Part shown: positions 26,001 through 38,263 of the stretch, in pieces
Layout of the letters: every line of letters starts with the position of its first letter
Numbering within the stretch: the stretch's first letter is position 1
Origin: Phallusia mammillata
Lineage: Eukaryota
Assembly: GCA_965637545.1 (NCBI GenBank)
Contig: OZ281500.1
Coordinates: 806,001-870,000 of the forward strand
Length of the DNA: 64,000 bases
Reading direction: 5' to 3'
Position numbers and translations under genes: made by a program
The notes under the pieces: model-generated
Databases searched by the model: none
What the model saw: the letters and a program-made list of their open reading frames with translations, nothing else
Told to the model about the DNA's origin: nothing

Positions 26001-29000
26001 TCAAGTTACGTAGTTAAAAATTTTCTTAAACCTGACTCCAAAGAACTTTGTTCTACCCTGTCTTATACCAGGGTGAAACTATTCTTCAGTAATTAAAAAT
26101 TAATAGTTATATTGTTTGTTACAGCCCCTTACGCAGCAGAACCATTTGAAACACTTGCAATGATTTATGAGGAACGCGGAGAAACAAAGAAAGCTCTCCA
26201 GTACAGTTTGCTGGCAGCTCATGTCTCACCCACTGATGCTGAACAGTGGCTGCATTTGGCCCAACTCTGTTTACAACAAAACGACCAATTCAAAGCACTC
26301 AACTGCTTCTGCAAAGGTATTACACATGTGTATATTGCTTCAGGGTTGAGCTCCGCAAAGAATACATATGCATTGCTGCTGCAAAGCTAGCTGAACAATT
26401 TTACTCATTTTAAAGGTCAGAGATAAAAACACACATTTTTCACACAGCTGAGCTAATTGTTAGTCATTGTGAAAAACTAGTGATTGACAGAAATGGATGT
26501 GCACATAAACTTTTCTGTGAAATAAATCTTTTTTAAATAAAAGAATATGCAGGCAGTGCTGAGTGGAATTTGTTGGTAATGGTTAACAATAGTGTGAAGC
26601 CAAAGAAGATAACTATGCAGTAAAATCATCCAATACTTCGTTTCAATTGTTTATAATTCCCAACATATAAGTGCACTATTTTCAGATTTGAAAATCAAGA
26701 GGGATGTGTGGTGCCTTGTAGAGAAGAGATTTAAAAAAAATAGACAGAATTGTTTAACTGTCCTGTTTCATTGTTGTATAGGAATCTGTTTTAACCTACA
26801 CTTGAATTCACAGATAATTCCAGTATTTACATTTATAATTTAAAATCAATGTTTTCGAACTGGTGTACATTTCTCAGTTTATTTCTCACCTACTCTTCAT
26901 AATGTGGTTGTTTTCCACAGCTTATAATGCTGATCGGAGCAATGTTGATGTTGCGATACAGTGTGCGGAGATGTACAAGGAATTCGGAAGTTGTGCAAAT
27001 GCATTACACAAGTACAAGGCTGCAATGAATGCTATGAAGGATGACGAGAAAGCTGTGCAGTTGGCGAGAGATGTCGCAAAGTAAGATAAATTTGTCCTGG
27101 AAAAGGCTTAAACTACAGCAGGCAAAACCTGCCAAGTATTGTTTATTGTTTGGTATTGTTTACTGAAACAATATAAAACATCTGATGCAACTGGCAAGTT
27201 TTGTCACTTTTGCACTGGTCCCGCACCTACACCATCTACTTCACACCTACATCCTCATTTTTGGAATAAAAAGGTGCCATCCCCCAAAAATAATGCAATG
27301 TATTGTTTAGTTAAAGTGTGTACTGCTTACCAATTCTCTCAAATATCAAAAGAAAGTTTGGTTGGATAATGGACTGACATAAGATTGCCTACTCTCAGAT
27401 TTTCTCTACCTAAACGTATTTTTCCACTTGCTGCAATAAATCAGGTCCACAACCTTTTTTCTTTATTCATTTCATACTGTGAGAGAAAATATATGGATAT
27501 GCCTTTCATCTTTCAACATATTTATCAAACAGGGTTTTTCACGAGAAACGGGAGAGTTCATTTTCTGTTGATATTTTGGAAGAGGCGATGATGAAACACC
27601 CGAAACACTTTAAAGATGTTGACATGAACATGCTTTGTGAACTCTTGTTGCTATGTGAAAAGTTTGGACATATACTAAAGGTGAATATCACCAAATTCAT
27701 TTTTGATTTAAGTTTTTTTTTCAAGCTTATGGAAAATTTTACATTTAGTCTTTAATAAGAAAGTGTAAGGGTTTAAATTTTGTTTAGTTAATTTTATTGT
27801 TTTACCAAGATTTAATTTAACCTGTCAACCCGAGTTTCCATATCTTTTAGGCACTTATGAAACACTCTGGCATTGCTTTGCGCTTTGAAGATGAGATTGA
27901 GAATCGAAACACAGATGAAGGTAGTTAAAATTATCAAATTAAATGAACTCAATGATAACTTAGATCTGTTAAAATGTTTTTGGAAATGTATTAATTTCAT
28001 CTCTTACATTATATTTTGCTCTCAGATTACAGCGGACTTGTTGGGATTTCTATTCCATCTTCACTTGCAGTGGATTTAAGATGCAAACTGGCTGTTGCTA
28101 TGATTCGACTCAAGAAGTCACATTTGGTTGAAGAGATGGTTCAAGATATTTGTGAGCATGATCCTGCTGACATAGGTTGGTATTTCAAGGCAAATTGTTA
28201 CAATGAATTTGTGGTTTTAGATTCCTCACTGACTAACTTTGTCGAAATAAAATGTGTCTTTGATGAAAGTATTTTAGTCTTTTAATCATAAGTAAATCAA
28301 AGTACGCCAGGCCCATTGAAGGCTATATGGCAAGGCATAGGCTAGAAAAATCTAGCATGAGTTTCTGCTTGCAGAAACAACTAAGGTTATAAAAGATAGT
28401 GGATGGTATGGGACCCAATATAAAATAAGCATAGGAAATATATCAATGTTTAAAAATAGGTTATAGTGTATATGCAAGGGCAATATGTGCTAAGCCACCC
28501 TTCTAGTTTTTATTTGCTATAGTCATTTTTAGTTGGAACTGTTCACAGTGTGATATTATTTGTAGGTGACCTTCAATTTGACCTTGCGGAGACATTCATG
28601 GATGCAAAAGATTATACAAAAGCTCTTGCTATACTTGACTTGCTGGTGGCTTCACCACACTATGGTCTAGCTGCTGTTTGGCTGAGACATGCTGACTGTT
28701 GTCAACTTTGTGGTCAGAGTGAGAAGGCTTTGTTCAGTTACAGACAATGTATAAGTCTGGCACCTGGGCATGTGCAGACCTACCTTGTCTATTCAGCTGT
28801 GTTGAGAAAGATGAAGAGATTTGATATTGCAATACAGGTTTGTCTTGGGTTGTTTTTCCATGGCAGTTGTTAGTTGGCAAAGTATTGATATAAATGGTAA
28901 CAATCAACATGTCGTAAGGATAATGGTTTGTTCATTTTCATAATTGTTTTTCCAAATCTGCAAACCATGTGACACAACTTTATTTCTAAATCATTCAAAC

Positions 29001-32000
29001 AAATTTTTTTCTAATTTCAACTGCTCCTAATTTTTGTCTTTGCACAATTGTTTATCAATTTTCATCAACAACAATTTGATTTCATCTGAAAGTTAGTGTA
29101 TGCGAATCTGTATGTCAAGTTGAAGAACATTTAGACACTTGTTTTAACTTTCACTGACTGTTAAAATATTTCCCAGGCACTTGATGAAGCTGCTGGATAT
29201 GAATGTGACGGCAAACTTCGAATGCAACTTCACATCGAGAGATTCAACGTCCTCAAGGCCTGGGGAGAGACTGGAAGGTCCCGGTTTGTTTCAATGTTAT
29301 TATAATCCTAAGTTATTTTACTTTTTTCATTTTTTTTACTTTTTGTGTTTATTAATGTCAACTCTCAGCGACCTGTCTTTTACCTGTTTGGATAAATGTA
29401 AAGAACTAAATGGAAAAACTGTTTTATAAATAAGTAGTGTGCAACCTGTGGCCTTTGGATAGGCATTGTAAAAACCCAGTTATAACTAATTGGAAGATGT
29501 TCAATGTTAAATGTTTGAACTTTGGGCAATAACGATCCTCTAAATCAGGGGTCACCAAACTACGGCCCGCGGGCCGGATCCGGCCCGCGAGGTCATTTCG
29601 TCCGGCCCGCGACCACAATTTTTAGGTTGCCAAATTGTATTAATAACTTTGTAACATTAAAATTTAATCTACTCCTTAAATTTTTTTTCTGTGGGGATAT
29701 TCAGAATTGATGTTACCGAGTTTCATAGGATTATAACGCCCAGGATTGATCCAAAGCCAGTTTGTTACGTCACAGACAAGACTACAATTATTAATTGTGC
29801 GCAAATAAGTGCCTTCTTTTGTCACTTGTGGCGTAATATACAAGCATTGCTCGTAAGATGAGACTAATTATACAGTTTAACAGTCGCATGACTACTTTTT
29901 GAATGGGATTGTAGAAAGACCATATCTTGGCGCACCTAAAAACACCTCGCGGGCTAAGTTTGGAAAGACGGCGCTAGGGCATGTAAACTATGCGGCCCGC
30001 GCGAATCATTATTAGCACTCACCCGGCCCGCAGTGAAAAAAGTTTGGTGACCCCTGCTCTAAATCAATTGCTTGTTAAAGTTTTAGGTTACTCAATTGAA
30101 ATATGAATTATATTCCAATGCTAAAATAGTCAACAAACTTAAAACTGCAAATTCGGAACTTTACCAACATTACATAAATCAAGCCTTTTAAAGAAATTAG
30201 TACTTTTGTTGTCAATTGCCATATCTTTTCACAGGAAGGATAAGATAAGTGCTGCAGCTGATGAAGCTATTCTTATGTTTGCCAACCGACTCAAAGTTCC
30301 ATTTATTGATGGAAAGGTGTGATTAACATATTTGTGAAACTTTTTTGTACTAACATGAATTCAAAACCTGAAAATATATGGTTTGTTCCCCTTTTTAAAT
30401 TCGGATGATGTGTGTACGTTTTTACATTTTTTTTGTTCAAAAGCTATTCAAAAGCCTTTCCCAAATTTAGGGGCTCACGAACATGAATTCAAAACCTCAA
30501 AATGTACATTATGTTGCCTCAGATGTTTTTCAAAGATTTCCTCATTTTAGTAACATCACTCTAAGCTTATTATTTGCTTTTTAGTTGGTTTTGATCAGAC
30601 GACGTCACACTTCCAGAAATCCTCTGGCAGGTGAGAAAAAACGAAAACAAAATTTGCAAATAATTATATTTTTTTGCAATTTGAAGCTTTCATACATCGC
30701 AGGTGACGTCATGTTGCTACGACGACGAGTGACGAGTGAGAACGACAAAGTTCCTCAGCACACCGACTGTGTGGCCTCAGACGGAAATTCCATTGTTTTG
30801 AACAAAGAGGAATGGTTAAAAATGTTTGAGGCGAGTTATGCAACCTTGACCGGAGTTTATACTTTATAAATGAGCAGTAGTTCGGAGATATAGTGCGAGT
30901 TTATTGTCCTGTGTTGGTTTAGACCAGTGGTTCTCAAACTTTTTTATTGTCGGGGCCCAATGGTATTTTTTTAGTGTGTAGGGAGCCGCAAAAAACAAAA
31001 TCTTGAGAAAATTACTAAAGATTATTACTTTAAAAGCTAAAATAGTAATGTTTGGTGATTTTCTGAGGTCTGGTGCGAAAATCCGAAAACCGAGTTTGAG
31101 AACCAATGGTTTATAGACAAGGTCTTTGAAACCCTGTAACTTCATCATTTTTTTACACTTGTTTTCAAACATATTTTCCAAGGGGCCGCAAAAAGTTTGA
31201 TTAAAGACATTTTTAGCTCCCCCTTTGACTTGCCGTTACATCTACATGGCCCCTCATTTATATCAATAACAGAGATTCAAGATGATATGTAGCAATTAGC
31301 AGCAATACTTTTCAAATTCGCCCCAAATTAATTTCGATTTTTGATTTCCCCCCAAAAACGTATTGTATCATATGGAAGGACTGACATTCGTGTTGTCCGT
31401 GTTATTTGAACAAAACGCTTAAATGTAGGGATGGGCCAAAACTGCAAATGTTATGTTTGGTCGAGCACCGAACGTCTCACATTAATGCTACCCTTTAAGT
31501 ACTAGTTTCGTATGTTAGCAGATGATACGCAAATTTATGATGAACATGCAAATTTAGTACTGAGGTCAGTTTGTGCAACCGCTCGGCCGAGCACCGAGCA
31601 TGAAAAACAGCGATGCTAGGTACAGAGTACTCGAGTTCTGGCTTGGCTTGTCCCATCCGTACTTAAATGCTTAGTTATCACTCTCTCACAGTTTGATTGT
31701 TCGTGCAGGTTACCATGGAGATGCTTGTGACGTGCGGCAGATATCGTGACGCAGTAAACTTGGGCGAGGGAGCACAGTATTTGAGCGTGTGGAACGATCA
31801 TGCCGCTCCACGACAACTTATGGAGCATCTCACATTTTCCACTTGCATGTTGGGAGGCAACTACCATTATGCTTACAACTACATCAGGTCGGTTTGCACA
31901 TTACCACTCATGCCATGAATATAAAAACAACTACTTCTAAAAACGATATGAAACTTGTAGTCCACAAGTATTAATCTGGCATGTTTAGCAACGTTAGCAG

Positions 32001-34918
32001 TTTGTCCGCCACACAGTTATATATTTGATTGATAACACAATTGGTGCCTGTACCGTTTGTACATTGACAAATGCCAGTATCAATGTATGAGTTTGAGTGG
32101 AGTTTATTTCGCTTGGTGGAAGAACACATAGCGACACAATTGCACTAAAACAATCACCAAGCCAGAAATAGCTGCACAACGTTAAGACGTTATGGGGCGC
32201 AAAACGGTGGAGGGCACAATTGGTGGATAATGGCTGAACGCGCTGCAGCTACACCGTATTATGTAGCGTTACGTGTCGGGAGCTCACAAGAAAGTAAGTT
32301 TGGGTGTAAATATCTTTCTGAACTGCAGCTTCAACTGAACTTTTGCACCATTCCGGCTTTCATATTAGTTTGTTATACACTAGTTTGCAAGAGTCTCGAT
32401 GGTTACATTAAAATATCCACTTTGTTGTTCAACAGAGTTTGGATTCTACAACATCCCGAAAAATCCCAGCTGTGGAACTTGTTCAACCAAATCACTGCCC
32501 GTACTGAGGACCAGCGTCATCACCGGTTTTGCATGCGACTTGTTGCTAAAGTGAGTTCGACTGCTTAGATATTAAACTGTTTGCAAACTCTAAAACTCAT
32601 GCTGTTTGTGTCAGCACGATTAAGTATTCCAACGCATAAAATATAACCATTTATGATAGAGATATATTCTGTGGTGATAAGTATATTAGAGCTATATAAC
32701 CAAGTATTGAGTGTTGTGGTTTGGTTAACTTGTATAAAAAAGTCCTTCTTTTCAGCGACCTGTCTCTTGTCCTCCAAGAACATTGAAGTGTCTGAATTTC
32801 GCGTTGTGTTGTTGGCAATTTCAAACCAATTAAATTGCACCATAGGTTGAACATCTAAAGAAATTGATTTCGAACAAAGTAATTCCATGAGATTTGACTA
32901 ATATTGGATAGTTGGCATAAAAAGAAGCCTTTATCAATCCTGAATTGCAATATGCTCCTTATTTGCATATCATGATGAATGTGCACTCTACCGTTTTAAT
33001 TTTTCCAGTCTAGTAATATTCGTAACATACTTTGAACGCATTTTATACCCCCAATCATTTCTGTACTGACGTATTAATACAAGGTAAATATGGCTTTAAA
33101 TATTACGGAGTGATTACTATTACAGCTACCGGACCATGCAGTGCTTGGAATATTGAACGGACACAATTGGTTAGCGACAGGCTCGTACAGAAACGCGATG
33201 AACGAATATGTGAGAGCTCATAAAAAGGTAAGGGTTCAAATAGAAAGCTCAAGGAGTTTGGTGCAGTCTAAGCTTGGCTCGATGTAAAGTCAAAAACCTT
33301 CGACTCCATTACAATGCCCTAACTCAGGGGTGGGCAACCTTTGTTACTGTAGGGCCAATTATAAATCTCAAAATTGGACCGCGGGCCGCACCTGTGTATA
33401 ACACAAAGTGATTTTGCTTGGTTTCTTACCAAATATGCTTAACTACAAGTATAATTCGTTTTTGATTCTAGCCACATTTTGCCAGATCGCAGAAAACTAG
33501 CATCAGGCGCATTAATCAGCTCAAAAATATGTATTAATTGGACTCGTTTGCCAGTACTTTTGAAATCCAAGCGTCTCTGCGGGCCGCACAACCTTTGATA
33601 AAGGGCCGCATGCGACCCGCGGGCCGCAGGTTGCCCACCCCTGCCCTAACTTATGGGTCTGCAACATTTTAATGCTACTTTGTTTGTCAAAATGAAGCCA
33701 ACATTCTTCTCCCTAATTGTCGCAACTGATTTGAAAAAGCAATCAGAAAGGAAACACATTTGAGCAACGAACTGAATAAAAGGAATGTAATAATTTAATT
33801 CATCAAAATGTACTTGCATACGAACTCTCAAATAGTTTGGCCTGTCTTGTATCACCATCTCAATTGCCAACTTAACACGCTTGCAGATGGGTTGTCGAAC
33901 CTAGCCTTTCTGTTTACAATTCTCACATAGTTTAGTTCCCGATCAAACCCTCTTTTCTGGTCCATGTCTGGTGTTTCAAAATTCAAACGTTGGTTAGGGT
34001 AGGTATTGTTAAACTTTTTTACATTATTTAAAAAACAACTTTCATTTTTACATTTCCTTTACAGCTTCCCAACGATTCCCTCCTGGTAATGTTAATAGGA
34101 ATCGTTTTCATTCACATCGCATGTCAGAAGTTTAGTGAACAGAAAAACTCACTCATTGTGCAAGGACTTGCGTTTCTACACAAGTATATGCGGGTTAGAT
34201 TTGAGATTCCTTGTTATTTTGTTGTTTCCCCGGTAACTCGTAAATTGAACAAACCCCTTATCAGCCTCATCATAGTATAGGCCAGGCTTTTTAAGGCGTT
34301 ATACCTGGCCCCAAGTATTCTGTAGTGACTAGATTTTCTAGCAATGTTTAGGAATGCTTGATGACCGGCTGATTCGGTATAACGCCTTCAATTCGTCTGG
34401 CGTACTATTTCTAAGTGTGCCGCGAACGCTGCCATTTTGCCTTAGGCCTGATCCCCGTTATTAATTTTTGTTCATCTTACCTGCCCCTTTACAGCTTGTT
34501 TAGAAATCTTAAAAATCTAAAAATCTAGGTTACGCGCGGTATAAAATTACATCAATAAAGTTTCACTATTTGCCAGTTAATTTAGATTGATGCCTATTTC
34601 CTTCATCAGAACCTCACACTAATCTCTATCGCCCTCTAGATGCGTGACCTCCCGCAGGAGTCGTATTACAATGTGGGACGCGCACTTCATCAACTCGGCC
34701 TGGAACATTTTGCGATACATTACTACGAGCGCGCTCTTGACTGCCCTCCACCGGTTGTAAAGAATCCTGTGGTCGACGGCAGCAAGGTGGCGCCACCGAG
34801 CGATGCTTCTATATTTGATCTCCGGTGTGAAATCGCCCACAACCTGTCGCTTATTTATCGCCGATCTGGAAACCACGTGATGGCCAACAAAGTTTTAATG
34901 GAGCATTGTGTGATTTGA
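23005..34918 (+). CDS. GTF3C3: General transcription factor IIIC subunit 3 (TFIIIC102, TPR protein), ~1008 aa. Exons 23005-23086, 23817-23994, 24442-24533, 24845-25147, 25355-25455, 25800-25917, 26125-26316, 26921-27080, 27533-27680, 27851-27920, 28026-28175, 28566-28837, 29177-29277, 30235-30316, 30585-30630, 30703-30830, 31709-31887, 32436-32550, 33126-33227, 34065-34193, 34640-34918
   Basis: KLPRELRGLMGEANLRYARG..MCMEVIRLAPYAAEPFETLAMIYEE, LAAVWLRHADC, RHHRFCMRL and QESYYNVGRALHQLGL..IAHNLSLIY are diagnostic. Exon lengths sum to 3027 nt in one open frame. The first five exons rest only on splice signals and frame continuity. Confidence 0.93.
23243..23484. mobile_element. Degenerate MITE in GTF3C3 intron 1
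   Basis: Imperfect TIR (C/T)AGTCTGCAGA....TGGCAG at both ends, internal TGCACG repeats; no clear TSD. Confidence 0.55.
24022..24074. repeat. Perfect AT-rich palindrome (26-bp arms, 1-nt spacer)
   Basis: TATATAGATTTTATAGACTGTATAGA-T-TCTATACAGTCTATAAAATCTATATA. Confidence 0.9.
25190..25275 (-). repeat. 5'-truncated copy of the hammerhead repeat (GAAACGTC half plus tail)
   Basis: Reverse complement caggacgttGAAAcgtcagaataaaaatacatttgcccggaagagctctataaacttgacattatgcctggcagcaataacttata. Confidence 0.85.
29546..30056. mobile_element. hAT (Buster/Charlie-type) MITE
   Basis: TIR CAGGGGTCACCAAACT...AGTTTGGTGACCCCTG, CGGCCCGC repeats, perfect TSD CTCTAAAT. Confidence 0.93.
30925..31108. mobile_element. 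Short hAT MITE (MER5/Charlie-like termini)
   Basis: CAGTGGTTCTCAAACT...AGTTTGAGAACCAATG; degenerate TSD (GTTTAGAC / GTTTATAG). Confidence 0.8.
31426..31661. mobile_element. hAT (Ac-like terminus) MITE
   Basis: TIR TAGGGATGGG...CCCATCCGTA, CGAGCACCG repeats, perfect TSD CTTAAATG. Confidence 0.88.
33325..33643. mobile_element. hAT (Buster/Charlie-type) MITE
   Basis: TIR CAGGGGTGGGCAACC...GGTTGCCCACCCCTG, GCGGGCCGCA repeats, perfect TSD CCCTAACT. Confidence 0.93.
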
Positions 34919-35259
34919 CGTGGCGTAACGCCATTGGTCGGTCGGGTATGTATGACGTTCACTGTGGTACACAGCGGGTAAGATGGGTTGGATGGATGCT
35001 CAACAGCGCCGTCGTGTGGAGCATGTGTTGTTTATTGGCGAAATGTGACAAGGCTGGAAAATACAAGGATTGCGAAGCGATATAACCGATACATGGCAGA
35101 TAGTAAGAAGTGAGCAAGGTAAAATGGTTCCACAGTATTACTGGTAGGTTTATCCTTATGTGGTAATGAATTTTAACAGACAATACTGAGTTTCTTGGTG
35201 CATATAACATACAATGGTAAGTGCAAGTGGAGAAGCGGGTCCCATCCTCATCTTGATCT

Positions 35260-38200
35260 CTATCTCATCCTCTGCCACACCGGCCTCCTCTTCCGCACGG
35301 GCATCTGTGGATGCGGAAGATCCATGAGAATACTCGGTGCCTCCATCAGAGGTCTCTCCTGCGCATGCGCGTTCCACCCCCTGTGTAAACTCCCCATCTT
35401 TCGCATCGAAGCGCGACCCGAAATTTTTGTGTCGAACACTTGCGTCATCGACTCGCTTCTAGGCTGTGTCACGTGACTTGGTGCCCGTCGCCAGCTCTCG
35501 GACGCCTCACGTGGCTGAAGTTCTTTCGACGTTGGACGAGGTCGGCGGGTCTGAATAGAATCGGTTCAGTACAAGATTACGGTGCAACTAGGTTAACAAA
35601 ATCATTTACCAAATACAACAAATCGCTTTACGGAGGTTGTTTTTGGGCAAATTATTCATGGTGATCAAATACAAAACGGGGGTCTGTGCTTTATTAAACC
35701 ACTTGTTATCATGCAAGTTTATTTGCAAAAAATATTCCATCGAAAATTGGAAACAGAAGAATGTGCGAAGTAGCGAAAGGCCCTGCAGTCACCTTAATTA
35801 TTTGCACCTCTCGTTTTTTTTCAAAAATCCTACGGACTGGTGTTTGACAATGACGCTAATGTACGCGAGGTATCAGGAATTCGTTAGCTTTTGTAATCGA
35901 GCTTACCGCCGTTAAATAACAAAATCTCCTCACTCACCTGTCTTGTGGGCAAGCTGTCTGTCATTTTGCGCCGCAAAGCCATTTCTCCTAACGTCGGTGA
36001 CGTAATACGCCGATACATGGCCGGGTTGGAGCAATGTCGGGCTTTTGAGCGCCACCTAACGACCTGGTCGAATATCGAATCTTCATCTTTCTTCCAAAGC
36101 TGATGACGTTTTCGTCTCATTCCTCCCAAATCCCAATCGTATCTTTCCGAGGCTTCTGTATCGTGTTTGGCAGCGTGGAAGTGTGAGTGATCCCGGACCG
36201 GGCTTAGTTGTGTTGCATCTGGGCCGGTTTCCATTTTACTGCTGTTCACAGGGGAGTTGTCAGGTTGCGGTGGTGGAGCCTGTTTCTCGCCTCGCTTCGA
36301 CCATTTCGACTTTCGCAGTCTGTTCAGCACTTTAATGTTTCGCCCGCGGAGGGGTGGGAGTATCGGTTTCACAATGATTGAGGTAACCATGCTTGGCACT
36401 GGACCAGCTCCGAGCTCCAGGTAGTCCGCCATAAACACCGCTGACTGGCGCGAGAGAGCCCCATGTGCCGCGTGGTAATCAACTCCGTACTCTAGGCGCC
36501 CATCTCTGCGGTTTCGATATGAAACGAAAATAAGTGATCATCTTGAGAAAATTATTGCAGTTCAGAAAAAATGGCGTCACTTTGTCACTGGTTAGAGCTA
36601 AATTTGCTACTCCTTGACTAATGTATTGTCGCTATCAGTTTAAAAGAGTGGAACGGGGAAGGGCTTAAGATAAAGTCATTTTGTAGAAACATTTCAAACT
36701 TACCTTATTGCGAAGCTGCCTATGTGCGGAGTGTTATTGCTGAAGAGGAACTCACGTGCGTCATCACGTGGCCGAAGTTCCATAGCTGATATTACTGGTG
36801 GAACGAAGTCATGCCCTGATTTGTGCCGGCTTTCCGATACCTTGCTGCAAGTCAATTTAATATTAATTTAAAAGTATGAACACATTAGCGTTACATATTG
36901 ACTGAAGAACAAAAAAAACAAGTCTTGTAACAGAGCTTGTCCCCTTTTTCACTTCATATTAAAGTTGAAAACAAGTAGCCTACCAACAAGAAAACTTCCA
37001 ACAATCAAACCTTGGTTCATGTTTGTTGATACTTTTGTTCTTTAACACGGGATCCGTTTTTGTTTCGACGTCTTCTTGACGGTTCTTGATTGGTTCCATT
37101 TCCACACGTTCGTTCTGATTTGCCCCATTGCCTAATTGATTAGCCCCACCCTTTTGTACGTCATCGTCGTGTCTACCAATCACAGGTTGCGATTCTTTGC
37201 CTTCTGTACGAGGTGAAATGCTGGTTTTTGTTACAAGCTTTTCGGCCTCCATTGCGCGTGGTGTTTGAGCTGGAAGATCTATTGGAAGTTGGAGGACTGG
37301 TCTGTTGAGTTTTATGCGAGTCCGTCGTTGTCGTGAAACCTGGTTCTGCACTGCAGGATTGTTTTGGGCTACAACCACCTGGGGTGTGTCGCTTATTTTT
37401 GCCACCGGCGAGTTTTCTGCCTGTTTCCGTTGTTTAGCTTTGGCCGTGGATCTGGCGTATTGATCGTAATCCCCCTGCACAATTCACGTAGTTTTAGGTG
37501 AACCATTTTGGCTTACACACTCGCTTAAATTACACGGTATTGAGTCGAAGGATTCAGAAGAGTAAGTCAGCTTTTGTCCCATTTATATGGCGAACTATAA
37601 TTAGGTCAACGATTGGCGTACTCCTGGTATTGTAATGTAGCAGGCTAAGTCTTTGTTGGCAAAGTTATGCCGGACAAAATATCTTCCAAGCTTTTATAGG
37701 GCGTTTACATACAGGCGTTTGACGTTAATGTGTAGCCTAGGCTACAAGCCCAACTATTTTCATATTTTTTATTAGTTAATCGAGAAGTTAGAAATGACTT
37801 TCTAAAACAAAATCGCTTCTACTGTATACCGTTAATTTTGTCAATGTTCAGCGGGAATTACCTGATATAAGTTTTATTAATTGTACACTTTACATCATAA
37901 GCTATATTGCTGCCAAGCATAATATCGTGCATTGTACTACGCTCATTCAGTGTTATTTACCCTGATGAAGGCGACCTGTATAGGACGTCGAAACGTCGGA
38001 ATAAAAATACTTTTGCCAGAAGAGCTCTATAAACTTGAAATGTACAGTTTGATTTGTACCTGAATATGAACATCCGACCAAAGCGACTTGTACTCCGGTG
38101 ACAACGATGGATCCTTTTCTTCTGATTTCTCGTTGTTATCAGACTGGGATTGTTGGGTCAACCTCAGGTTCGCGTGTCTGTATTTGTCCAAGTTAAGCAG

Positions 38201-38263
38201 ACCGACCTGATTACTCCGTCCCTGCTTCGGGGCTGCTGTCTCAGCTACAACAACTTCACCCAT
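35260..38263 (-). CDS. Uncharacterised ~555-aa basic, Pro/Arg/Ser-rich, probably disordered protein. Exons 38060-38263, 37011-37474, 36704-36844, 35938-36505, 35260-35550
   Basis: Five GC-richer exons joined by GT-AG introns with matching phases (0,2,2,0) give an unbroken 1668-nt frame. No family recognised. Confidence 0.8.
37931..38038 (+). ncRNA. Best-preserved hammerhead-ribozyme repeat copy (core 37962-37997)
   Basis: ttatttacc CTGATGA a ggcg a cct gtat agg a cgtc GAAA c GTC ggaataa: all conserved core nucleotides, stem II hairpin, palindromic ACGT stem III, stem I ttatt..cc/gg-aataa. Confidence 0.8.
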
